From: Anthoceros angustus
Lineage: Eukaryota; Plantae; Anthocerotophyta
Length of the DNA stretch: 64,000 nt
Reading direction: 5' to 3'
Assembly (NCBI GenBank): GCA_010909165.1
Contig: VJWM01000187.1
Span: 372,001-436,000 of the forward strand
Position numbers and translations under genes: made by a program. Positions 52,994-64,000 of the stretch are shown here, in pieces. The notes under the pieces were generated by a model, which saw nothing but the letters and a program-made list of their open reading frames with translations, had not been told where the DNA came from and searched no databases. How positions within the stretch are numbered: position 1 is the first letter of the stretch; each line of letters opens with the position of its first letter.

Positions 52994-55900
52994 TGATGAG
53001 AATCACATGCTTTAGCAATATGTGTTGCATTACATTCATATAGAAAGTACATGCCTTTATGTAGGCAAGGTAGTTGTAACCAATAAGTGGTTGTAATAAC
53101 TAACCAATTAAATAACTACTAAAAGAAACTACCTAGAGCCCTAAGGACTAAATTAATTATTAAGTCCTAGGTGCCCTAGTGAAGAGTGCCCTAATAGTAA
53201 GCTATTTTATCACTCCCACTCACTATGAACTAGGGGTGATTTTCCCAAAAAGAGGTCTAGGAAAAACTAGTCTAGTAAAAACTAGTCCCTAACTAAACTT
53301 TACTTAAAGGCATAAAACTTAAAAAAACTGAAAGTAATAATCACTATTAAATAACTCCCACTTAAGGAGAACGAGATGAGAAACTAATAACCCAACTTCA
53401 GAAAATAGGTGGAATTAAAACTAATTAAAAGTATTTAAGGGATTTATATATAGGAAAATCCAGAAAATACCTAATTTCCGAAAAGGAAAATCAAAAGGAT
53501 AATGGGTAATACCCTTCTTCCTCAAACTTCACGAAACGCGATCCGACAACTTGGTTGGTACATGTGCGGATGGCGGAGGAGTGGCTACCGCAGCGCCCAA
53601 TCCCCACGGAGGAGGCGCCACGGCGCCATCGCCTGTGTCCGAGCCCCGCGGCCCTCTCGCCGCGCCGCCAGTAGGCGGGCGCCTTCCAATGTCCGGCGTC
53701 CTTGCGCAAGGACGCCACGGGGCGCTCAGGCGCCAAACAAGAAGGAGAGGCCCCTACCGCTGATGCATCGTGTCCTGGTGATGAAGAGTCTCCGCCCATG
53801 ACCTCGCCTTTCGAAAGAAATCTCGCATTTGTCATTGATCGACCTCATCCTCGGAGGATGGCTGAACCAGGAGATGCCTAAGGATCCCACAGGGACGCTC
53901 CAGAAGAGGAAAGCAAGTCCGTATGTAAGATTGCGTCTTCATTTTACCATGTCTTCATTTCCGCCATGTCTTCATTTGTGAAGCAATTCGGATGTGCTCA
54001 CCAAAGGGAAGCGACCTAGGTGATGAGGACGTGCCTTCTCAATGAATGATGCTCGCCGAAAATGCCCACCGCCAAAAGTGTTTGTAGGAAAGATTGCTTG
54101 CCCATCTTATGCTTCTAAGAAGAAGCTATGACACAAGTGGATTACAAGGATGCTAACTTGATGGATAAAGATGACACGATACATGGGTGGAGCGGCATGG
54201 GGAGGATATGACAAGGAAGGGCTGAAAAGAAAGGTGCAATATATTAAATAAGGGTTATCCGATTTAAGCATCCTAATTTCTATATGAGTTTTAGGATCTA
54301 ATAACCTAGCATAAATTTTCTGCTTGATGCGTAAACACATTTTGTTTCCTAAGTGTATTAAAGACAAAAACATGGGCTATTATAAGCAATTCTACCAAAA
54401 GGTGACCAGGAAAATAAAGTATACATACTCACCTTAGGTTTAAGTGAAAAGGAGATGTCGGACTCCTATATATGTGAGGAAACTACCATCCACATGATAA
54501 AATAGCAAGTCTCCCATGTGAGGAATTCAGGACATATCAAACATATTTTCAGAGGTTTTTGGTGCTAAGGGAATTTATTGTTTTAATCACATAAATACTG
54601 CTTAAATATTATTTTTATTTTTAATATAAATATTCCAGGTTCTATGTTGGCTGCCTATGAAGAGGAAGGGGGGATGACCTAAGCTATTTTGAGATAGAAG
54701 AAGAAAAATGTTCAGAAAAATAGTAAGACAATAATTTTTGGGCTAAGATTTTAAGGTTATCTTAAATCGGCCCTAAGCTAGGGGTGAGTATTAGGTTAAA
54801 GGTTTGGACAGTGTCCATTATACCCAAACATTTCATGTGTTTCCTATGTAACTCAATTCCCAATGACTTTGTTAATAAATCAAGACATTGTCTAAAGTTT
54901 GAACATAACTAATATTTATGGTTTGATCTTCTAACTTTTCCCTAGTGTAGTATACTCAACATATATTAGTTCTAGAATGAAAACAGGATTTCGTGCAAGT
55001 GCAATGGCACCGGCTATCACTAAACAAAGATGTAGGCTTAAGTTGAGGATGGTGAAGTTCACTCAAAACTAACGGACCACACTATGTCTTTAGAACCGAG
55101 GTTAGTACCACTATTCGATTGACAAAGCTATAGTAGGTTGTTTCTTACTTGAGGATATTGGTGCTCCCAAGAGTAATACACCGACATGATTGTGTCGGGG
55201 TCACAGATAGTCGGCATCAAGAGATATGCCGTTAGAGTTAATGTGTTGATAGCGTATGCTTGAACATCGTGTACATAGTGCCTTTAAGGTATCTGAATAT
55301 ACGCTTACATCCAAAGGCTCACGGGTTCTCCAAGAATTGTGAGCGAACCGACTTCAAAAGATATATCGGTCTCGTAAAATTGCATAAATATATTAGAGTG
55401 CCAACAGATGTCGATGGAACGACATTTCTAGCTTTTCACTGTTTGGGACTCATATCTCGAGGTGTCAACACCACTTGCAAAAGGTGTGGGTGCGCTGCAT
55501 CCTCAAGTCCAAATTTAGCTAAACTCTCCTTAATATACTTGGTTTGAACTATACTTAGAGTCTTATTACCTCTATTTCAGAGAACACCAAGTGCATATGT
55601 CATTTCTCCTAGATCGGACATCTCAAATAGAGTCCTAAGCCATGCTTTAGTTTCGCTAGGAGTGAGGGAGTTTGTTGCCATAAAACATCATCAACATAAA
55701 GTAGAAGATAAAATATATCATTGCGATATTAGGATGTACATACATCAGGCTTTAAATCCTCTCCCAATAAGTTGTAAGGGGGTTGAATTTGTAGACCTTG
55801 ATACCTTGATGAGCCAATAAATCTTGTACTTGAATGCTTTGATATTTCTAACATACAATGCTGAATAACATATCATGTGGATCAAAATCAGAAGGTGGTC

Positions 55901-58900
55901 ATAGAAGGCTTCTTGCCAATGAATTTTCATATGGAGTCATACCTTGAACTGATGTAGGCAATCGATTCATGAGATAGGTTGTCTTAGGAGGGCCTCAATA
56001 AGCCTTAGATAACTTAGCTTGTACCAATAAGCAACCTGTGATCTCTTGAGGCGTAGATTCTTGTTCTCGCCACGCCATTTTGTTGAGGAGTGTAGACAAT
56101 CAGAAGTTGTTGAGCTATACCGACAAAATCCTCAAATTCGAGATGTAAACTCTCCACCATTGTCGGAACGTAAGGTCTTGAGTTTGTGATCAGAAGTCTC
56201 ACCCATTTCATGTAGTCCTTGAAGAAGTGAAAGGCATCACTCTTGTTTTTGATGTAGGAAAAGACAAACGAGAGAAATCATCCGTGAAGGTCAAAAATAT
56301 CTACTACCACTAAAGGAGGGTGTAGACAAGGGTCCACAAATGTCTGTGCACTATCTCTAAAGGTGACTTGGCCCTTTGTGGAGATTTATTTTGAAAGGCT
56401 CTTGATGTCGCTTTAGTGAGGACACAAGATTCGCACCAAGGTAGGTGTTCAACCTTTGCAAGGCAAGGGGTTCTATATAAAGCTCCCTTAGACATTTGGA
56501 TTAATTTTTGACTATTAGGATGACCAAGGCGACAATGCCAAAGCATGGTTTGGGTAGGTGTGGGTTTGGAATGGCAACATTAGCGTAATGGGTGGCTCCC
56601 ACTTGTACCGACAATCTATAGAGACCATCATCTAAAGTGTCGTGCAGATTGTATAGTTTCTATCACTTATGAAAGAGAGAAGACAACTATCAGATAAAGG
56701 ATCACCGCAGAGTGTGTTCTTGACAAAGACTTGCATGATCTAGATTCTTGCACATTGAAGGAACATGGAGGACTTGATGAAGATGAAGAACGACCGAATC
56801 ACACTTGAATACAATCAACCGACACCCGCTATGGGTAGGTTGTGATCATCTCCGTGAGGATGATCGATGTCCTGGTCGTGAGTAAGACTCAAAAGAGTTT
56901 CGTAACAAATATGTGAAGTAGCTCCAAGTCTAAGTACCATGAGGTATTGGAGGGCTTGGAAGAAGCCAAGCACAGTGAGTAATCGCTGGAGTTGAGGAAG
57001 ATTGTTTCTTCACGCAATGTTAGCTCGTGGGGCCTCCTTCGAGGTTCCCATTCTTCTTCTTACGACAATCCTTTTCCATGTGATTTGGGATGCACCAATT
57101 ACATATAATCCCGCCTTCTTGTTACCTCTGGTGTTGAAGAAGATGCCTCCATCATGGTATGTGCAGGATATGGGGTCGGAAAGTAGAACCTCGGCCTCGC
57201 CCCTCCTCTTCCCTTTGTGAATACATCACCGCTTGTTGGCTGGAGTGATGATGACGTCGCTTGCCTCCTCCCGTAGCAATGCTCCAATAAGTTCGGAAAC
57301 ACGATGTCTCGCTCTTCATTTGGATCTTCATCTGCAGCTTTTCCGACACTAATCACCGCATTTTGAGTTGTAATGAAAGCCCTATAAGAAGGTGGCAATG
57401 AAGATAAGAGAATGACGTAAGCCTCCATCTCGAGATAGGTACGCCATTGAAGATTCCAAATGGGATCGTGCAATCGAAATGCATTAACATGATGTTCGAT
57501 GGTACTCCTTCATTGAGAGGTTATGGTTACGAAGTCAACAATACTCATTACATCTCGAGATGAATATAATTGAGCAAGGTGAGTCCACATATCCTTGAGG
57601 TCTTTGCAGCGACATGTCTCACCATATGTTGAGAAAGTCCACGACCAATAAATCTTGTGCCTTCTCGCCTCGGCCCCTGTGAAGGTTGAAGTTCACGTTC
57701 AAATCCGTGGCCTTGGAATTGATCCATCGACGATGCCCCAAAGGTCTCTTTGCCGCAAAGCTCCTCGCATTCTCAATGACCGATGTCATAATCCCTTCCA
57801 TTGAATCTATCTTTCTTGAAATCGCCACCATAATGATAATGCAATGAAGTGTTAGCATTATCATTACCCAATGGGGAATTAGGAAGTTTGTTCTTCATTA
57901 TTGATCACTCCATTGTAGGTGATTTAGAGGACTAGGCCTCGCGATGACCTCTCATCTTCTATTGCACGCACGAAACTCTTCTCTGCATCATAATCCGATT
58001 CGATGATGATAGCATGCTCTCAAATCGCGCATTATCAACCTTAGAGAGAATAGACAATTTTTGTCCTTAATTCAGATAATTCTCCTTAAGATCAAAGGAT
58101 TGGATTCTAAGAGTTGCTAATTGACTATCAATTTCTTGAAATCTAAGAGTTTCTATGCTATTTTGTCTGACTAGAAGATAAAGGAGTACTAATACCAAAG
58201 ATTCAAATTTGGGATATGTTGGAGAGCTAATTCTAATGCCTTGACGTGAATTGGACTAAAACTTCTAGCAAATCACGCCTAGCTAGCTTGATAAACTTCC
58301 CTTGATCGGTTTAGAAATTAAAATAGATGCAATGAAGTTTGCTATACAAGAGGAGGTTTCTACTATCTCTCCTCTATAGCTTGTTGTCTTCTATTGCTTC
58401 TATGTGTTGGGCTCCTAATTTGTTCTTGTTGTCAGGGACTACTTCTCTTAACTCTATGCCTTCTCCTTCTAAGGGAACACAAATCCATGGAGGAAGAACA
58501 AAGAATTAGTGCATAAAAGCATTGTTAGAAGAGAAAAGCATAAAAGAATGCATGCAAAGATAGCAATTCTAGGATAAACACAATCCATCTAGGCAAATGC
58601 TAGATTAGAAAGTGTCTCCTAGATAAGCTACTTAGATGCATGAGGATGCACAGCAAACAAAGAGCAAGTGTGCTCGATACCATGATGAGAATCATACACA
58701 AGCTCTAGCAATATGTGTTGCATTACATTCATAATAGAAAGTACATGCCTTTATGTAGGCAAGGTAGTTGTAACCAATAAGTGGTTGTAACAACTAACCA
58801 ATTAAATAACTAAAAGAAACTACCTAGAGCCCTAAGGACTAAATTAATTATTAAGTCCTAGGTGCCCTAGTGAAGAGTGCCCTAATAGTAAGCTATTTTA

Positions 58901-58903
58901 TCA
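52994..58903 (-). mobile_element. Ty1/Copia LTR retrotransposon
   Basis: ~220 bp TG..CA LTRs at 52994-53212 and 58683-58903. tRNA-Met-type PBS (TGGTATCGAGC on minus, 58672-58682). PPT-like GAGTGGGAG at ~53213-53221. Confidence 0.92.
54950..57900 (-). pseudogene. pol: Copia gag-pol (gag, protease, integrase, partial RT, RNase H)
   Basis: LLSSLPPSY, zinc knuckle at ~57080, WYLD, LWHCRLGH, YTPQQNGVA, LLYVDD (~55690), FEMSDLG and RPDISF. Confidence 0.88.
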
Positions 58904-59272
58904 TGAGTGCCTCGAAAACAAAAATTGACATCCAAGCCACACCACCGCCGAGTTATATACATGGTCCAGAAGATCTCGAGGGAATCGCAGCTCACCAAGA
59001 GCATTGCCGATTTACGTAATGTGGCGTGAGTACAAGAGCACTTACCGACGGCGATGCATCCAAGTGTACCGGATGGTTTTGCAAAGTGAATTTTTGTTGA
59101 ATAGCTCGTGAATTGAGCCTTGAGATTATGCCGTGAACTTGCTTCAATCAAATAGCTCTTTGTCATATGAAGCAAGATGGTCAAGTGACTTCTCACCACG
59201 TAAAATTAAATGTATCATAGATCGGCATTATGACTGCTTGTTATGCTCAAGCAATCAAATGTTTGTCGGGTG
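58904..59272 (+). pseudogene. TFIIB: Inverted fragment of the TFIIB unit (3' end of gene plus downstream sequence)
   Basis: Reverse complement of ~24320-24735. Confidence 0.8.
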
Positions 59273-59918
59273 ATCCCTCATTTATACTCAAGTTTTGCCC
59301 TTGGGAATCTTACGGGAATTTTGCATCCCGAAAACCCCCATACTATGGGCCAAGGAACACCATCCTTGATTATCTAAGCCTTCACTCCTTCGAGTTGATT
59401 GATGACTGGGATTCTTCTTCTTCTAAGCCGGACGCCGAGTCCGGAGCTTCGGCGCCTTGGGACGCCGGGAGTCTCCATTACGCACTAAGACCCAAGGCCA
59501 AGATGCACGGAGTGCCGGTCACCACGATCGAGCCTACAAGCGAGCTTCTGCCCACTGCTTAGGGTTATTGGGCCTACCACTCCCAAAGGTGCCTCCTAGA
59601 CTTCTCACGGTGAGGCATGATGGCATGGCAATCCCTAACTCAGAATCGTGAAGCTTGAGAAACCGCTTAATTTTTGAAAGTGCTGAGAAAGGGCCTATGT
59701 AAATTAGCCTAATGGTACTAAATATCGGCATTATCGAACAAGCTATGTTGGAGCTTGAAATGACAACTTGCATGCAGAGAAGGAAAAGTCAACCAAGAAC
59801 AACCTTTAGACTAAACCACATCCTTGTAGAGGTGAAAACCAAGCGGGGATGAAAACAATCACTACTATTCAAGTTTTGAAAAGGGTGGAGACCCATTAAA
59901 AGCGCGGAGTAGAGGACT
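59273..59918. repeat. Additional TFIIB unit spacer fragment in array orientation
   Basis: Matches ~44805-45553 and ends at the same LTR junction. Confidence 0.85.
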
Positions 59919-62539
59919 GGCGTGGAACGCCAAATTTTGGGTCCATTGGAAGAGGGGCGATGCCTCTAGTTTTGTTCATATTAGTTAGGTTTTATTTTCT
60001 TTCTTTTTTCTCACCAATGTAACATCGACGGGAAGACAAAGAACAAGGAATGGGCAAGTGGAGAAGTGACAAGATTTATAAATCTCGAATCGGACGGATG
60101 TAAAGGAGGAAAACAGATTCAAAACGGGTCCAACTGATGTAAAGGATTGAGGTCCCGGACAGAGGTCCGGAAAGTTTACGCTACGAGGAAGGTTCTGCTG
60201 AAGGCCGAACCGCCAAGAAGGAGGGGCGTGCCGCCTAGCATGGCGGGCGCCAGTCACGCCCGCCTGCACCCCGACATGCAATGAGAAAGTCCTTACTCCA
60301 CCAGAAGACGCGGCCGAGAAGGGTTCATGAGCTGCGACAGCGCCGCAATTTCTCATTGGCCGAGGTCGAGCTGAGGTGAGGTGAGCCGATGACAGCGCAA
60401 AGGAGGAAGAGGCGCAAGACCAAGGAGGAGCGCATGCATGCATATATAGAGAATCCCTGGCGCCGGAGGAAGAAATCAGGCCTGGCCCTTCGTGGTTGAG
60501 GAATTCCAAACGTCAACAAGGGGAAAGGTCCTTGGCCTTGGACAGGGAAATTTCTGTCCCTGGCCTTTGGGGTGTGGAAAATCCTTCCTCACCCATATAT
60601 ATGTAAGCAGAGGGGGAGGCTGGCCAAGCCAAGAATGAAGAACTGGAGGCCAAACTCAAGGAGCTGGAGGGAGGACGGCCACATGGAGTAAGGAGCGTGA
60701 GGAGCTCATGAAGCAAGCAACGGAGGTCACCAATGGTGGAAGGAAGAGGTAGCCCACCGGAGGAAAATGATGCATCGCATGCCGGTCCGTGAAGCAACGC
60801 CAGTTGATTATGCATGGCGCAAGGGACACCGGAGGCATGGAAGAGAGATGCCGAGAATGTCACTTACGCCTTCGCTTGAGTGAGGTGACGCTGAGAGGAT
60901 GCGCTATGGTAAGATAGCCTCGGAGAGTGGCCCGAGGAATTTGATGAGATTTGTTTGAAGGGCCGTGAGATGCGTGTCCACTTATATGCTAGGTCAACAA
61001 GTTCGCCAAGGAGATGCGCTCCTGTTGACAAGGAAGTTGTTGGGTCCCCACGATGACGACATGGAGATTTTGGAAGAACACCTCAACTTCGAGATCTGTG
61101 GACTTGAGAGTGAAATGGATGCGTAAGGCCCAATGTGGAGGAGCCAATGGAAGAGGAAGAGATTGCCAGCAGCCAGAGTTGGTGGGGTGTCACAGGACAG
61201 ATGTGAGCTGCACCAACACCCAACCGCCTGGAGGTAATTGCATGCTGGCCGCATGATGGTTACAGAGAGGCTCACAAGAGCGCCAAGAGGGGGTGGCGCC
61301 CACCGCCATCACTGGGAAGACAGTGGTGGAGGTTCCCGCGACGATTTAGTGAAGAGATCCCATAGGGACAAATTCCCAAGCCAAGAGGATTGTTAAGACG
61401 GTTAAGGCCCGCCACGCCAACCCAAATAAGAAAATAGTCATAGGGGAGTGAATGGGTCATTAAGACTTTAGGGGTTAGTGGATTGTTAGGAGGTAGGTTA
61501 AGAACCTTTAAGAGGCCACCTACTTAAAACCATAAGCAACCCCACCCACCCCACCGCATTTAATTAATGCTAGGGTTTGGGGAGCTCCTATAAGAGGGGA
61601 GGAGCTCCCATAAAATGTCATGCCTTGCCTCCGACTGTGTGCTTGTCTTGCTACACAAGCGCGGCCGACTGTGAGGGTGCATGGTGTCCGTAGGGTCTTG
61701 AGGTGCGTGACTGTGGTGAGGGCGGGCCCAAACCTTCTTTCCGGAGGTAGCAGCCGGCAGCTCGAGCGCATTGTGGCGAACGGTGCGGCTGCATCGGTAA
61801 AGGGAAGACCCTAGCAAAATCCAAAGACGCTGGACGCCACCAGCCAAATGTCCGCCTAGGTCCGTGAGGGCAATGCCCTATGATCTCGAGGCGCTGCCGG
61901 GAGGCTGTGAGGGCGCCTGTAGATAGTTAGCTAGGAAGAGTGGAAGAGGTAGATTAGAGAAGAGAGGAGAAGAGAGGAGAAAAGAGAGAAAAGAGAAAAG
62001 AAAAGAGAGAGCGAGAGAGAGCGAGAGTGAGAGAGAGACGAGAGGAGCTAGAGAGGATAGGGAGCAAGAGAGGAGAAGGAAGGAGCAAGAGAGAAAAGAC
62101 AAAAAAGACAAAAAGAGAAGAGAGGAGGACGAAACCTAGAAAAGAGAGGAAGGTGAAATTTCAAGGTGGATAAGAGCTGAGGGGCGGCCCCAAATTTGTC
62201 ATGAGAAGGGTCTTAGGAGTGTAGGAATGCTACCGGTGGGAGGATTGCCCACCCATTTATGGGATTTGGGGTCCCTAAGGTCGCTACCAGCATCTCTCGT
62301 AGGTCCGCGCCGCCGACGAGTCATCGCGGCGTAGGGTAGTGTGACTTACCGAGGTGTGGCGCAGGAGGGGCGCTTAGCCGGGCGCCTGCACGGGAGTCAG
62401 AGAGTCGGAGGCCGGCCGTGAGGGCGCACTCCATTCCGGGAAGGGCTCCCCCACCTTCGTGGGAACGAAACCACCGTAGTAAGAAAAGGGACAAGTGTCC
62501 ACAGGTGAGGGTTCCGGGGTCCCGGAACCTCCCACCACA
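59919..62539 (+). repeat. Solo (or duplicated) LTR of the Gypsy 2 family
   Basis: Host unit on both sides (GAGGACT | ... | ATTAACTTTCT versus empty site GAGGACTTAACTTTCT). Confidence 0.85.
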
Positions 62540-63154
62540 ATTAACTTTCTCCTAAGGGATAGTTTTTGCCCACCTTTTCAAACCCAGGAGCAAAGATTTG
62601 CATAGTACTAAATTGCCCAAGAATGTGGTCGCTAGAATGAAGGTAAGGATAGTCTAAAATCTTATGAAAGGAGTCATGTCCATGCACAGATGTTTGATTT
62701 AACGTGAAGTAAAAATCTTGTCACTAAAGGACGGACTCGTACCAATCCATGAAGTCCATGGCCAAACCTTTAACTTTGCATGGTGAGTGTGCATGAGTGT
62801 GTTGGGAATGCATGAATGGATGTGGAATGCGGCGCATGTATGGATGGCGCTCGGATGCATAGGATTCACCGGCGCTTAAGAGAGTCTCGTCACGGCATAT
62901 GTCGCATTATGGGACGGACATACCCTCACATCATTCTCCACGACAAACATTTGACCCCTTGCTCAGCAAGCATAACAAAGGTAGCATCCTCGCCTATTGA
63001 TACATTTAATTTAGGAGAAAAAGTCACCGACCATGTCAATGCAAGTATGTGAGTCAAGCTCAAGCTATTTGATTGAAGGCAAGTTCACGGCGATAATCTA
63101 AGGCTCAATTCCCGAGCTCTTCCAAACAAAAATTCCCACTTTGCAAAAACCATT
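62540..63154. repeat. Continuation of the TFIIB unit, including the last codons of the gene (63105-63153, minus)
   Basis: Matches ~180-855. Confidence 0.85.
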
Positions 63155-64000
63155 TGTGAACGTAAAAGTTTGGGCAACCAACCCAAAAGGCCAAAAGACG
63201 AACAAGTTTGATTTTTTTTGGCTAGAACGATTGAAGAGGAGCATGCCGAAAATTTCGAGAATCTTGAAGCCGGAGTTGTAGGATATTGTTAGGAAGGCAA
63301 GAGGATATCCCAGAAGAAGAACGGGTAACGACCCCAGCGAGGAGGGCACCAAAAGGTTGGTCGACTACCGTAGGTCGCACACCACGTAGGCCGAGTAAGG
63401 GAGCGATCATCATGTAAGCCGCGTATCATCATGTAGGTCACAATCGCCAAAAAGGAAATTTAGAATAGAGGGGGATATCCACTATATATGCTCACCAATA
63501 GGGAATAAATATATAAGTAATTAGAGTTAATTAGGATAGCAGTGATAGGAAAATAGGTAGTTTAGATAGAATTAGGATTTTGGAATGATGAACCAATCTA
63601 GGGTTGTGCGCCAGTGGCGCATATCCAAAGAGGGCAAAGTGCGCTGGGGCCTCCACTTCAAGAGCTAGAACGGAGCGGAGTTGAGCGTAAGACGCAGAAG
63701 GAAGACCATCGCCAAGAGAAGCGCCATCGCGCGAGCAGGCGGAAGGAGGCTCACCGCAACCGCACCGCAGCTTCCTGGCGTCGCCCGAGCCCCGATCCCA
63801 CTTCACAAGGCGGCTAGCAACCGGCCCCATACTAAAGCTAGATTCAAAATCAAGGGTGCACCAAACCGTGGCCAAAAATGAACCCCACTCACTCACCGGT
63901 CAATGACCACTTTCTTGCCGTTTTCACCTCTGAAGGTTAGTTCTCACCTCGCGATTAATTTTCCTACTAGGATTTTTACAGAGTAGACATTTTTCATATT
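63155..64000. mobile_element. Probable LTR of another retroelement inserted in TFIIB (runs off the window)
   Basis: Abrupt break from the unit. Begins TGTGAACG, similar to the Gypsy 2 LTR start; internal TATA. Confidence 0.5.

Noticed and set aside
1-64000. Treating all frameshifts as genuine inactivation
   Set aside because: Uniformly scattered indels between near-identical copies suggest sequencing error; polishing is needed.

Overview
Eukaryotic, repeat-dense window, probably from a non-seed land plant (inferred from the LTR lineages, short GT-AG introns and telo-box motifs). Near-identical copies differ by many scattered indels, suggesting low-accuracy long-read sequence, so frameshifts are not proof of pseudogenisation and coordinates are approximate. 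The backbone is a head-to-tail array of a ~2.4 kb unit carrying an intronless TFIIB-like gene on the minus strand, and every unit is interrupted by an insertion. Three insertions (924-~9450, 12485-22245, 31911-41799) belong to a ~9.8 kb DNA element with no LTRs or long TIRs. It encodes an intron-split Crypton/DUF3504-like tyrosine recombinase (FGVRGGEE...NKSCR...GHK...R^YDR) and a divergent multi-exon cargo gene. Both full-length copies sit at a (G)ATAATCT site. Also present: a minus-strand Gypsy element with an A-B-A...B repeat layout, a truncated plus-strand Gypsy element with 2.6 kb LTRs plus a solo LTR, a Copia element, an inverted TFIIB fragment and a 30-bp minisatellite.
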